DNA of 63,895 bases, the filler included, from Thraustochytrium aureum (taxonomy: Eukaryota), in assembly GCA_012862495.1 (NCBI GenBank). It is 4 parts of 2 records of this genome, joined end to end, with 100 filler letters (N's around TTAATTAATTAA, not from the genome) between each part and the next. Parts side by side here need not be neighbours in the genome. Positions count along the whole stretch, not along the records: positions 1 to 27,596 come from BLSG01000316.1; 3 more parts are not named here. One strand, 5' to 3'. Positions 11,012 to 24,130 of this stretch are shown piece by piece (position 1 is the first letter of the stretch; every line of letters begins with the position of its first letter). A program made the position numbers and the translations under genes. Under the pieces are notes generated by a model, which made no database searches, was not told the origin of the DNA, and saw nothing but the letters and a program-made list of their open reading frames with translations.

Positions 11012-12025
11012 TTAGGCGATTTGAAGCGCCTCTTCTTTGGAGATGGCCCCCGAGGCGTCGACGTCCAGGCGATAAAACTCCTCTTTGACAATGCGCAGGT
11101 CGTCGGGCTTGACGAGGCCCATTCGCTGTAGCTTGAACAGCACAAACTCTGCCTCCGTGAGCGACCCCGACAGGTCCGCGTCCGCAATATTCAGCTCGTT
11201 CTCTGAGAGTGCCTGCTTGAGTATTGCGCGCTGCAGCCGCGATCGGCGAGACTCCAACACCGCATCCAACGAGGCACCGATCGCCTTGCCCACCAACACA
11301 CACCCCACAAGGATGTAGAAGATGAGGAACACGCGCGTGCGCTCGTTAGTCGTGTCAAGTTGGTCGAAATCGCCATAACCGGTGGTAGTTACGGTCACCA
11401 CCGTGAGGTAGAAACTGTCAATGAACGACATCTTCTCCACGCCTGAAAAATAGGACATGCCTATTGTGATTGTCAGCAGCACGTAGCCAACCGCGCGGGC
11501 CACCTTGTGCCTGTACGTCTCGCCCTTCTTGTCCGGTGCGACTTGGTTCTGCAGCTTTTCAAGGCCTGCAGCGATGTACTCTGCAACAGCAGAGAGCGCC
11601 CACGTGATCAGCACAAAGCCGTAAATGATGTATAGCGCAACGAAAAGTTTGCCCTCTTTCGACTTTGGCGCCACATCCCCGTACCCCACCGTCGTCATCG
11701 TCACCACTGCAAAATACACGGATTCCAGGGTGTCCCACCCCTCAAAAGCGCGGCCAAACACCACAGCGAGAAGGATGTGCAGAACCAGTGCAGCCGCGCC
11801 CACAGCGACTTGCTTCGTTCCGCTGCTCCTTTGGTCAATATCGACGAGTGCAACCCCAATCGTCGGCAAGCGTTTGGCCTCTACCGTGCGGGTCGTGTCC
11901 GCCGACTTTAAGCCTAGCATTCCGCGAACGCCGCTCACGTGTCTAGATCGTCGGGAGAGCGCATTCGCGAGCTGCGACAGAATCAGCGCGTCCTCCGGCA
12001 CAACGCTCGTCGTCGAGGGCGGCAT
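11012..12025 (-). CDS. Two-pore (TPK/KCO-type) potassium channel with C-terminal EF hands
   Basis: Two selectivity filters (TTVGYGD and TTTGYGD), four hydrophobic helices, EF-hand-like DADLSGSLTEAEF and DVDASGAISKEE. Confidence 0.9.
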   Translation of the reverse strand: MPPSTTSVVPEDALILSQLANALSRRSRHVSGVRGMLGLKSADTTRTVEAKRLPTIGVALVDIDQRSSGTKQVAVGAAALVLHILLAVVFGRAFEGWDTLESVYFAVVTMTTVGYGDVAPKSKEGKLFVALYIIYGFVLITWALSAVAEYIAAGLEKLQNQVAPDKKGETYRHKVARAVGYVLLTITIGMSYFSGVEKMSFIDSFYLTVVTVTTTGYGDFDQLDTTNERTRVFLIFYILVGCVLVGKAIGASLDAVLESRRSRLQRAILKQALSENELNIADADLSGSLTEAEFVLFKLQRMGLVKPDDLRIVKEEFYRLDVDASGAISKEEALQIA

Positions 12026-12442
12026 CCTGCCGCCTCAGCCAAACCAGAACACCGCGCGGTCGCCAGCCCAAGGGGCCGCGCTCAAAGCCCACCTCGCCAA
12101 ACGCCTGCGCGCACGCCGTCTCGCAGCGAGTAGCAGCTTGTCTCGCCGCGGGAGCCTGTTGGGGCAATGCCTTTCCGATTGCGGCCGGGTGCAGCGGCCT
12201 GAACTGCTTTCGTGCGTAACGGACATTTCTGTGGGACCTTTTGTCACCGTTTCCACGATCGCCTCGCGCAACTCGACCTCTAGCTAGCTTAGAGCTCCTG
12301 CACCTGCCATTCGGCTTCGCTGTTGGCGCCAACTGGCTGGCGCCATCCAGAAATCACAGTGGTGTTTGCTTTAGCAAGCAGTGCTCTCTTAGAAGCTAGA
12401 GGCTAAGTAGCTGGTGGAGAGCAAGAGAGCAAGCTGGTGTGC

Positions 12443-12985
12443 CTACGCGGGTGAGGCAGTGGTGGGGCCTGCCAAGCCGTCAGCGCCCACCCAGTTGCAA
12501 CCACGCTTGACGAAGGCCGCGCAGCCAGTGCAATACGCCTCTTCAGAAGGCTCGAAGTGCTTGACGTAGTCCCACTCGTCGAACAGCAAGTGCGCCTGGT
12601 CCTCCTTCCACACATACACAAAAGCCTCCTCGCGCTCAGGAGCAGCGCCATCAGCGGCCTCGACAATCCAGTCCACTGTCAGTCGTTCGCGCGTGTAGTC
12701 TTCGTCCTCGAAAGCGTCAAACACTTGAAGCTCGCGATCGTTCAGACCGCGCAACAGGAGACCGTCCACGGCTGCGCCCTCGTGATCCACGCGCCGGATC
12801 GCGGGGTAGATCTGCTCGCGCACCCTGTACCGGTGAAACCCGTGCAGCCTCGCCGGCACCATAGTCGCCAGCTCGACGCTTGGCGCCCGATCGCCGAGAA
12901 GAATGGCAAGCACGCGCTTCGACATGAGCGACCCATACACGAAAACCGCATGTCCGCCAGCGGCGACCGTCCCCACAGCACTCAT
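12443..12985 (-). CDS. AIG2-like gamma-glutamylcyclotransferase family protein
   Basis: VFVYGSLM, ARLHGFHRYRV..QIYPAI, VDGLLL.GL..REL..FDAFEDEDY.R, AFVYVW, WDY. Confidence 0.88.
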   Translation of the reverse strand: MSAVGTVAAGGHAVFVYGSLMSKRVLAILLGDRAPSVELATMVPARLHGFHRYRVREQIYPAIRRVDHEGAAVDGLLLRGLNDRELQVFDAFEDEDYTRERLTVDWIVEAADGAAPEREEAFVYVWKEDQAHLLFDEWDYVKHFEPSEEAYCTGCAAFVKRGCNWVGADGLAGPTTASPA

Positions 12986-13393
12986 TTTGCAGGGCCTACC
13001 ACGGCAGCGACACGCCGATACCGCTTCCTCAGCCACGCCGGCCGAGCACGACAGCTCCTGCCACAACCGCACAACTGCGCTCTGCTCTGCTCACTGCTCA
13101 CTGCTCTGCTCATCCGCCGCGCATGTGGATGGCCACTTGCACGACAACAGAACAGACGCCAAGTTCAGAGGAACACGTGCCCTCCTTCCAAACCAAACCA
13201 ACCTCTTGAGAGGAACTGGCGCACACCCTGTCGTCACAGAGGAACCACAGGAGGAGAAGGCAGGCCCCAAACACATGCGTGCGCGGGGCGACGAGCAGGC
13301 AGGCAGGCAGGCAGGCAGGCGGGCAGGCAGGCAGGCGTGCAGGCGTGCAGGCGTGCTGGTGGGCGTGCGCCTTGCGCTGCGCAGAGCAGGCTT

Positions 13394-16300
13394 ATGGACC
13401 TGTTTGCGGCGCTCGAGAGGCTGGACGACGTGAAATGCAGCGTAAAGGACAAGAAGGACGCGCTGGTGAAAGTCTGCCACGTGCTCGGCGACGATGGTCT
13501 GTGTGAAGGCCTGTGGACGGGATCGGCTCGAAGCGAGGCGAGCGCAGCGCGGCGAAAGAAAGATGCCACGCTGGCTGAGATGCCGTGGACGATGGTTGTG
13601 CGGACGCTCGTGAAACACTGCGAAGGGGCGAGTGCCAAAGCCAAGAACGCGTCGAGTAGATCCGGGCAGGTCGAGCTGCTCGTGACCGGTCTCTTGGCGC
13701 TGCGAATGGCTGTTCAGCGCGCAGAAGGCGTTCGCGGCCTCGCGGACAAGGCCGTTGCACACCGCGTCCTGGATCTTTGCCTGCTGGCTCTTACGAGCGA
13801 GCTCCATGCGCAGGAACTCGGGAGCGATTGCAAGCAGATTATCAAGGCGCTCCTTCCAGCGGGCGGGCCGGGGCTCGCGCTCTCGATCAAGCAACTCAGC
13901 AAGGTGTGGAACATTGCCGAGGCCAAGATCGACCAGGCCTACGCGAGCGCGCGGAGCGCGCATAGCCAGCCGGCCGTCAACTTTGCAGAGGTTCTTGGCG
14001 ACTTCCTCAGCGGCATCTCGTTCGAGCTGCCTCTGTGGCTCGGCGACGCGATCTGGCGAGGTCTCGCTCGCTGGCTCGACCCAAACCAGCGCGACGACCC
14101 CGCTTCGCAACGCCAGCCAACCTCGACAACGAGCTTCTGGGCATCTACAAAGGCCTGCTTGGCGCAGGCCGTGCAGATGCATTACAGAGCGCCTCGATCC
14201 TCCAGGGCTTCACGGACAAGGTCGTCGCGCACCTGACGCCGACCAGTCTCGCGCGCCAACGCACGGCGGCTTGTCTCCGGCTTGAACTCCGCGCACACGC
14301 AGCTTACGCCCGTAGCTGGGGAGCCGCGCCTGACACCTACTTTCCACCCCGTCTGGTTTCGCTCCCCGCGCTCTTTCGCGCCTTTTTCGCGGACAACAAA
14401 CTTGCGGAAATCTCGGTCGCCTTCAACCAGACACTGGAGGACCCGCACACCACAGACGACGGCCAGACCTCCACGACGGCCTACTACGACTTGCTCGCCT
14501 TCGCAGCGGACCTCGTGCACTTCGAGGCGCTGAAATCTCGACCCTGCCCAACCGTGCTAACTGTCAAAGACGCCCTCGCGAACATCGAGGCTAGCCAGGG
14601 CCGCCCGTCGGCCCAGACGCTCCCCTGGCTCCACTTTCTATTCGCCCTCTTCCGCGAGCACCCTGTCGACGGCCCGCACATGTCAGGAGGGGTCCAGTTC
14701 CTCGCACGCGTCGTGTTCGCGTTGTACAGGGCGCTTCAAGCGACCTTTTCGCGCGGCTTTGGCGGAGCCGGCGAGCGCTTTTCGACAGCGCGACGCCGCG
14801 CAAAGCGAGGCTGCCTGGGTGCTACGCTGCCTGCAGCCGCTCGCATTGTCCTCGCAGTGCTGCTTGGCCGGTCGCGCAGCAGCTTCTGCGGCCCGCCCGC
14901 GGGACGACAGCGATGAAGCCAGCGCGGCGCACCTCGAGGCCGTGTGGGGCAAGATTTGGACGCTCGTGGCAACGCAAATCCTGCCAATGGTGTCAACGAG
15001 CAGCCAGTTATGCAGCCTTGTGCTCCGGGTGAGCAACGCGATCCTCGCCACGCGCTTAGTCGACCCCCAAGATGTTCGCTCGTCCTTTGCGGCGCTGTGG
15101 CACGCCTCAATTTTTACTCTTCCCCCAAAGGAGCTCAACGGGGCGGCGTTGTTTTCCGACGGCCCCACTGCGCCCCTGCGCCTTTCGAACGGGCAACTGG
15201 ACAGCGCGGACTCCAAGCTAGTAGGCTTCCCGACAGCCGCGATGCAGTTCACTATCCTCCTACTTCGCTACGCTCACCTTTACGAAACGAGCTTCACAAC
15301 GACGATCGCATACAATGAGACGGCTGCGCCCGCTGGCGGTCTATCGCGGAGCTCAGCTGTGCACAGTGGCGTTTCGCGGCCCGAATCCGACAACCCACCA
15401 AGCCCAAACTCAACCCCAAGTGCGCAGGACCGCGCCTCTACGGAAACACTCCATGCGCTCTCCCCCTTTATTTCCAGGGACCCCGTCGTTTCACGCCACC
15501 TCGCTCCGGGGGCGTCGCTCGCTCGCCGTCGGTTGTTCNNNNNNNNNNNNNNNNNNNNNNNNNNNNNNNNNNNNNNNNNNNNNNNNNNNNNNNNNNNNNN
15601 NNNNNNNNNNNNNNNNNNNNNNNNNNNNNNNNNNNNNNNNNNNNNNNNNNNNNNNNNNNNNNNNNNNNNNNNNNNNNNNNNNNNNNNNNNNNNNNNNNNN
15701 NNNNNNNNNNNNNNNNNNNNNNNNNNNNNNNNNNACAACAGTTCGACGCGGCGCTTCAAGCCGCCGCGAGACGCTGCTGCGATGGACTCTAAAGTGGCTT
15801 TTGCACATTTCGGTTGGCTCGAGCCCTGCGCCGCTGGAGTTCGTCGAGACCGTCGCGACTCTGCTCGTCGCCCTGCTTCGGCCGGGCGATATGATGCAAG
15901 TTGCCTGGGCCCTGCCAAGCCCCAGTGCGCTTTTCAACGCCAGCGCGCAATCCCTAGCCACGACAGGGACGAGCTGGAGCAGCAAATGGGACAGCCGCGC
16001 TGCCTCGGATATCAACCTCATCCCGCCGTCGAACCTGGTGGGCCTGCGACGACTCGCGAGCAGCACCATCGGCAAGATTTTTCCAGCTTGCAAAGGAGGT
16101 ACAGGCCTCCGAGTCAAGTCGGGCAGCCAGCTGCGGCGCCGCGCCGCCTGGGCCGCTTCAATTCGCTCATGTGACTGGCATCCTTTCGCACGCGTTGAGC
16201 AACGAGAACGATTCCAGCGATAGCGCCAAGTTTTCTGCATTTGTGGGCAGCATTCTCGCCCAGGCGCTGCGCGAGCCCCTGTTTCCAAGCCATGCCCAGC

Positions 16301-19300
16301 TGCGCGTTTTGGCTGGGAACTCTGCGCTCGCGGCTGGCAGCGTGGCCTCCGTCTTGAACGTTCAAGCCGCGACCAGCGAGCTTCTTCGCGCGCAGGCGGT
16401 CCAGCGCGTCAAAGGACTCATCAATCGCTGGCTTCACCAGCTCGGCGTCTGGTGTCATGGTGCTGGCCGGCCCATGGAGCAGCCGCAGGGGACAGATCCC
16501 ACAGCGCCGTCAGCTCAATCGCCTTCGTTGCCGGTGGGTGGAAAACGCCCTGCGGCAACAATCCATCAAGCGAATAGCTCTCGCTCAGGCACTGCGGCCA
16601 AACGCCGCCGCCGAAGACGCCGCGCCGCCTCGTCGAGCGAGATGGACGAGCTCTCCGACTCCTCGTCGGATCCGGATGACGATCTCGATATGGAGAGCGG
16701 ATTCGAGCGCGCAGGGGGCTTGCCCTGCCTGTTCAGCTGGCGCAGTCCAGCCCGACGTCCTCGCCAGGCACAACAGCCCGCTCACGCGACGCCGAGATCG
16801 GCGCACACGGTACTGGCCTTGGCGCGGAGTTTCCATCGAGGAGCAGCCTAGCGAGTAAGCAGACCCGCCTCGACTGGCGCGAGTCTTTCCAACTAGCTCG
16901 CGACGCCACCTGCAGCTTGTGCGCGCTGTGTTGCTCACCGCTGGAGGTCCTGGGCCACCTCGAAGATGTGGTGAAGGAGTGCGTCGAGTGGGAGAACGAC
17001 GAGCTCTTGGCCGCAGCCCTTGACCAAGCGTGCCTGCTCGTCGAAGGCGCCGGCGAGTCCACTGGCGAGGCCGCTGCAAAGCTCTCGGAGTTCATTCTGG
17101 ATCTAGCGCGCGACGAAAACCGCGTGTCGCTGATCGCATATTCTTCTGTCGTGAGGTCGCTACGTCGCATCATCGCCACCCTGCGCTCGCAGTCCGTGCG
17201 CGAGCTTCGCTCCTCGTGCAAGCCCGCGGTAAACAAGCTGGTAGGCTTCGTTGATGCGGACGCTGGGTTTTTCCTGCTTCCAGCGGCTGAGCACAACGCC
17301 GAGATCCGAACCGAGTATTGCAGCGCGCTCGTGCCGAGCCAAACCAAGATTGACATCTTTCTTGCTGCCGTCGACTTGGCGCATGTACTGGCACTGCTTG
17401 ACGGCCCCGCGTCGACGACGTTCCATGCGGTCAACGAAAACCTGACTCTCATCCTGGTTTTCGTGGCGCTTGCTGAACCCGACGAGCGTTTGCGCGACAT
17501 CGCCTGCGAGAAGGCCCCTATGGCCCTACGGTGCTTGCTGTCCGACTCTGCCTATGTGCGCACCCTAGAAAAGCAGCTCAAGTTGATGACCGCGCAACTG
17601 GCTAGCCTCTCCGGCCTTCCGCGCAAGCTGCCCTACGCGGACGAGCCTGACAGCGCGGACCAGCCCCCAGGTGTGCCGAGAAAGCGGTTCAAGGGCAAGG
17701 AACTTCCGCAACACGAGCCGCGCGCCCGGCCCCTCGACTTCAGTGACGAAGAGGACCAAGACGACGACGGAGAGGCGGAGGATGCGCCAAAATGGTCAGA
17801 GTTGGACGCGGTGAGGGAGGACAGTTTCGTTCGCACGAATTGGGGCATGATGTGCCGCCTCGCATGCAACTCCAAAGACCTCCTGGGCCGAGTTCTCGTC
17901 CGCTTATGCCTGTTGGACCGCGCGCCCCCCATAGAGCTCGACGTTCCCAAGGGCAGCCTCGACCACATTTGTCGCTGCTCTTCGCGGCGGCGCTCACTAC
18001 TGCGGTCGCTGGTGAGAGACTTGGCCCAAGCGNNNNNNNNNNNNNNNNNNNNNNNNNNNNNNNNNNNNNNNNNNNNNNNNNNNNNNNNNNNNNNNNNNNN
18101 NNNNNNNNNNNNNNNNNNNNNNNNNNNNNNNNNNNNNNNNNNNNNNNNNNNNNNNNNNNNNNNNNNNNNNNNNNNNNNNNNNNNNNNNNNNNNNNNNNNN
18201 NNNNNNNNNNNNNNNNNNNNNNNNNNNNNNNNNNNNNNNNNNNNNNNNNNNNNNNNNNNNNNNNNNNNNNNNNNNNNNNNNNNNNNNNNNNNNNNNNNNN
18301 NNNNNNNNNNNNNNNNNNNNNNNNNNNNNNNNNNNNNNNNNNNNNNNNNNNNNNNNNNNNNNNNNNNNNNNNNNNNNNNNNNNNNNNNNNNNNNNNNNNN
18401 NNNNNNNNNNNNNNNNNNNNNNNNNNNNNNNNNNNNNNNNNNNNNNNNNNNNNNNNNNNNNNNNNNNNNNNNNNNNNNNNNNNNNNNNNNNNNNNNNNNN
18501 NNNNNNNNNNNNNNNNNNNNNNNNNNNNNNNNNNNNNNNNNNNNNNNNNNNNNNNNNNNNNNNNNNNNNNNNNNNNNNNNNNNNNNNNNNNNNNNNNNNN
18601 NNNNNNNNNNNNNNNNNNNNNNNNNNNNNNNNNNNNNNNNNNNNNNNNNNNNNNNNNNNNNNNNNNNNNNNNNNNNNNNNNNNNNNNNNNNNNNNNNNNN
18701 NNNNNNNNNNNNNNNNNNNNNNNNNNNNNNNNNNNNNNNNNNNNNNNNNNNNNNNNNNNNNNNNNNNNNNNNNNNNNNNNNNNNNNNNNNNNNNNNNNNN
18801 NNNNNNNNNNNNNNNNNNNNNNNNNNNNNNNNNNNNNNNNNNNNNNNNNNNNNNNNNNNNNNNNNNNNNNNNNNNNNNNNNNNNNNNNNNNNNNNNNNNN
18901 NNNNNNNNNNNNNNNNNNNNNNNNNNNNNNNNCGCTGCAAGTTCAGACGCTCGCAAACCGGTGCCTTGGCCTCATCGGGGCGCTAGGCCCCACGGTGGCA
19001 GACATGCAAGCCGCGCACGTGGATCGCCTGCACAACCGTGTAAAGCTCGGTTCTGCGTCCCTTCTCCCAGAGATCCTCGTGCACTTGTGCAACACTGTGA
19101 CTGGCCAGGACAACGTCCTTGCGCTCTGCGCGGTGGAGTCTCTCCAGCTCGTCCTCGCAACCGAATCTGGCAAGATGGCCTCGCTGAGCCTTCCTGAACC
19201 TGGGCACGGGCGCTGCAACGTATTCGCGCGGGTGGCGGAGCAGTGGGGGCTCGCCGCGCGGTCTGGCTCGTCCTCGCGAGCGTCACAGTGGCCGCTGCCG

Positions 19301-22300
19301 TACGTCGTGAGCCTCCGACTGAAGCGGCGGGCCTCTGAGCTGGGGCTGTCGCCAGGCATGGTCGATGAGCTCAACACGTGCATCGCTGGCGGTGGGCCGA
19401 GCTCTGCGCCAGGGCGGCTCGACCGCGAGGTGTGGAGGGCTTGCACTGACGGCAAAACCGGTTTTGATGCCTGGATCTGCGCGCTCTCGTTTTCCTTGAG
19501 TAGGCAAGCGCTTCCCGCGGGCGATCCACTGGTGCATTGTGCGGCGCTCTGCCTTCTCGACGCGGGATTCGCAACGATCGTCTTTCCGTACTTGGTCAAC
19601 CAGGTGAGCGGGTCAGCGCTGAACGGCAGCCTTGCATCGGCCACGGCCCGCAAGCGCTCCCAGCTTGGTCGCACAGCCGCGCAACAGCGGAGTAGAGAGC
19701 TCATGCAGAGCGACTCGGACGACAGCGACACGCAAGGCCCAGAAGAGCAAGGGCTTCGAGGGCCCCTTGCGGAAGAGCTCACCTACTTGCTTGGCGAATC
19801 GACCCCCACAGAGCCGAACGCGCTCCGCGTGCTCCTGAAGGCGCTGACCTATGTTCGCAAGCGCCACCTCGAGCGAACCCTTGCGAAGGCGGCTGCCGAC
19901 GGCGCCCGGCAAGCGGGGCGTCGCCCCCGGGTCGCGAGCTCCCCGGGTGCCATAATGGACCCACTTCTCGAGCGCCTCGACCTGATGCAGGTCGCCAAGG
20001 CCGCCCTTCGCTGCAACATGGAGAGCACCGCCCTCCTGCATCTCGAGCTGTGGGAAGAGGCCACCTCCAGACGGCGTGGCACGGGCGCCGCCCAGCCCAG
20101 CCACATCGGGTCGTTTGCCGACTTGTTCGTGAAGAGCGAGTTTGACAAGGTCCTCTTCGAGGCATACAGGCGCATGGGCTCGCCGGACGCGCTCCGTGGG
20201 GTGGGGCTCCATACTACACTTGGCGACCTCGTAGATGTCGACCTGCTCAACGAGTATTGGGGCGACGCCCTAGCCGGTATAGACGGACTCTTGCACACGA
20301 GCCGCGGGGGCGGCGCAGGGAGCGGTCGAGACCTGCACGGCGAGCTGCACTCAACGCTGCGCCGAACAGGACTAAACCACCTGTACGACTTTTACATCAA
20401 CGCGAATAGCGGAGCGGCGCAAATGGACGGCCACCTTGCTGACGGCGAGGTTGGGCTCGCCGGCGGAGTTGCTTGCGACTTTGAGGTCGGCTGGCGGTTT
20501 CTGCGGCCCGTCAGCCAGCACAACCTTGCGTTCCGCAGAAGTGAGTCGTTCGACTACGTGCTGTATCAGGGCGTGGCTTCGCTCACGGACGGAGACGAAT
20601 CACGCTTCAAGCACGTATGCGACTTGGGGCGCCGCATCGTTGCAAAAGAGCTGCGCACCGCGCTCGTAACGCGCGAGTCTGCGGCTCACATCCACGAGCA
20701 GCTCCGGCGCATGCAGCATCTGCACGAGCTGGAAGCCTTACGGGCCATCCGGTGGCGCTCCCCAAATGGCGAATCGCCCGTCTCGATCGCCAACATGGTG
20801 AACACCAAGGTGGGTCGTGGATGGGACGCGGACATGGCGATGCGAGGGCTCTCGTTTGACGAGGGAGAGCCGCTCCTTGCGCTGCGATCGTCCATGCTGC
20901 GGGCCATCGACCTCTCGTTTGCCGGCGGCGGGGGCGCTTCTCACGAAGCCCAGGCAAGCGCCGCGCCTCTGACGCGGAACGGCACGGATAGGAGCGAGCG
21001 TGGCGGTCGCAGCCGGGGGCTCCGGCGTGCGAGCCACGTGCCTCTGGCCCAATCTAGCGGCTCGGAGGCGATTGGCCACGCGCTAAACGCGCACCTNNNN
21101 NNNNNNNNNNNNNNNNNNNNNNNNNNNNNNNNNNNNNNNNNNNNNNNNNNNNNNNNNNNNNNNNNNNNNNNNNNNNNNNNNNNNNNNNNNNNNNNNNNNN
21201 NNNNNNNNNNNNNNNNNNNNNNNNNNNNNNNNNNNNNNNNNNNNNNNNNNNNNNNNNNNNNNNNNNNNNNNNNNNNNNNNNNNNNNNNNNNNNNNNNNNN
21301 NNNNNNNNNNNNNNNNNNNNNNNNNNNNNNNNNNNNNNNNNNNNNNNNNNNNNNNNNNNNNNNNNNNNNNNNNNNNNNNNNNNNNGCTCTGGTCCAACGC
21401 TCAGCCAGAGAGCGCCGTGGCGGTCCTCTCGCGTGTGCGCGGCGCGCTCGAAGGCAGCCGGGACCCCGCCAAGCAGCTCTTGCTGGCAACTGCGTTGCTT
21501 CGCGCCGGTAGCTGGCTCGCTGAGAGCAGCGCGGAGTCCTCCGAAACGATACTGGAAAAGTACTACGATCGTGCGAGCCAGCTCAGCGGCGAGCTGGCGC
21601 ACTGTCGGCCACATGCGGCGCGCCTGCTCGCCGAATGCCGCACCACGAAAGCCAAGTATTTGGACAAGCTATTCTGCAGCGTAGCGGCGCGGGAGCAATC
21701 TCCTGAGTGGCGCCGGGTGGTGGCCTTCCAGGAGCAGCGGGAAAAGTCTCTAAGGGAGCTCAAGGAGCTCGAGCGAGCGGGAAGCTCCAGGTCTGGCGCA
21801 GATGCGACCAAGAGTGAGAAACGGCGCAAGGCAACCCAGTCCAAGCACGAGAAAGCTCGCGAGCGCGAGCGCAAGGGACTCTTGTTCAAGGTGCAGCAGC
21901 AGATTAAGGCCGACAAAGCCCGCCGCGCGGAGATGGCCGCGACTCATGCGCGTCTTCTGAATGGCGCCATCACAGCTTATGCCGACGCTTTGCGCTGCTC
22001 TGGGGATATTCCCGTTTCGTTTGCCTTTCGTTTCGTCTCGCTCTGGTTCGAGCACGAGACGAACCCCGCGGTGAACGACCTGGTTGGACAACTCGTCGGC
22101 GCCGCGCGGCACGAGAACGGCAGTGGCGTGCCAAGCTCGCCTGGTATCGGCCATTTGGTGCCCTCCGTGAAGCTGTTGCCGCTGATCTACCAGATCGCCT
22201 CTCGGCTCGGTTCGCCTGTCGATGCAGACACAGGGTTCAACCATGCTGTGACCGCGGTGCTCGAGCTGCTTGCGCGAGAGCACCCCTTCCACGTCGTGCC

Positions 22301-23993
22301 GCACCTTTTTGCCATGGCCAACGCCGAGTGGCTCGCTAGCGATCCGAGCCAGGTTGGCGACTTTCTGACCACGAACCGCGCCAAGAAGCTCGTGGCCGAG
22401 CAGTTGCTCTCCAAGCTCAAGGCGGACCCGGGGAACCCGAACCGCGAGGACGTGGCGGCGGTCGAGCTCTTGTTGAAAGCCCTTACGGCCTTGGCATACG
22501 AGCCGTCCGTCAAGCAGAGGCTCGGCAAGCCGATACAGCTCAACTCGGCGGGGCAGTTCTGGACCCACCTCCTCGCGTACAAGGCGATGAAGCGCCCCGT
22601 GCCCGTGCCGGTGTGCGAGGTGCAGCCACGCGCAACGGGAGACTACCGCGCTGACCGAGACGCTCTTGACCTCGTGGAAGGGTTTGGGGAGACTTATGTC
22701 GAGTCGAAAGCCGGGCGGAGCCATCCAAAAATCCTCAAGGTGACCACGTCGCGCGGCAAGGTGGTTCGCATGCTTGCAAAGGCCGACGACGATCTGCGTC
22801 AGGACGCCGTGATGCAGCAGCTCTTTGGCCTTGTGCACCAGCTCCTGGCCCATGACCCGCGCACGGCGAGGTCGAAACTAGGCATTCGCACGTACAAGGT
22901 GGTGCCCCTGACCCCAAAGGCGGGCGTGATCCGCTGGGTCGAAAACTCGATGGCAATCTTTAGCTACTTGTGCGAGACGTCCAACCGCGGGCTCGCCCCG
23001 GCGCACGAGCGCTATCGCAGGCAGAACGAGATGTCGCATGCGGACTGCAGCAGAACCATGATGGCCGTCCGCGACGCCAACCATGGCGAGCCGAAAGAGG
23101 CAAAACGATTCGACAAGCAGCTCAAAGCGTTCAGGGAGGTCTGCGAAAAGACCTCGCCAGTGATGCACCACTTTTTCCTGGAGCACTACAGCTCGCCGGC
23201 CGAGTGGCACGCGCGTCGCACCTCCTACACGCGATCAGTGGCCGTCAACTCGATCGTTGGCTACATTATGGGCATCGGCGACCGGCACCTCCTCAACGTC
23301 CTCATCGACCGCGAGTCGGCCGAGGTGGTCCACATCGATTTCGGAATTACCTTTGAGCAGGGGCGCTGTTTGCCAACACCCGAGCTAGTGCCATTTCGGC
23401 TCACCCGCGATATGGTCGACGGCATGGGTGTGACAGGCACGAACGGCATTTTCCGCAGCGGCTGCGAGGACACGCTCGCAGTGCTTCGCGACAACACCGA
23501 GTCACTCATGGCAATCTGCAAGGTTTTCCTGCACGACCCGCTGTATTCATGGACTGTCTCGCATGAAAAGGCGGTGCGTGGCCAGGACATCGAGGAGAAT
23601 GGCGACTCGTCCACGCAGCACTCGATGCGGTCGACCTCTGCAGGGTCTGTAATCTCTGCCGTCTCCTCCCGGGATCGAGCCTCGCGTTTGGGCCGGGCAA
23701 GTAGCGCCGGGGGCGCCTCGGTGGATCAAGACGGCGGATTTGGGCTCGCGCGGACTGGCAGTGGGGCTCCGCAGTTGTTGGAGGCCGATGCTGAGGCTCG
23801 CACGAGTGGCCCGCAGCAGGCCAACATGGAGGCAGAGAGCGCCCTGCTCCGAGTGCAAGAAAAGTTGCAAGGCCGAGAGGGCACGGGAGGGGAGACGCTC
23901 ACGGTGCCGGGCCAAGTTCGCCGACTAGTGAACGAGGCGCGCGACGAGGCGCTCCTGTGCCAGATGTACCCCGGCTGGGCTGCGTGGCTGTGA
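13394..23993 (+). CDS. ATM: ATM/Tel1 PIKK serine/threonine kinase (about 3500 codons; three gaps and several frameshifts)
   Basis: Kinase motifs DDLRQDAVMQQLF, IRTYKVVPL, YTRSVAVNSIVGYIMGIGDRH, HIDFG, PELVPFRLTRD and LHDPLYSW; FATC end CQMYPGWAAWL; FAT-like helical ORFs upstream. Overlapping + strand helical ORFs link back to ATG 13394 through frameshifts near 14190, 14770, 15780, 16170 and 16715. The N-terminal part is assigned by continuity and size. Confidence 0.88.
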
Positions 23994-24130
23994 GCGTGCC
24001 GAGGAACGGCCCGGTGCCGGCCAGGTGCCACTTTCATCTTACGACACTGTAGAGCTGACAAAAAACAAATGTCTCTAGCTCTAGCTAGAGGTAAGTACGC
24101 ATAGGTTGCGATAGGTTGTGGGCAACGCAC

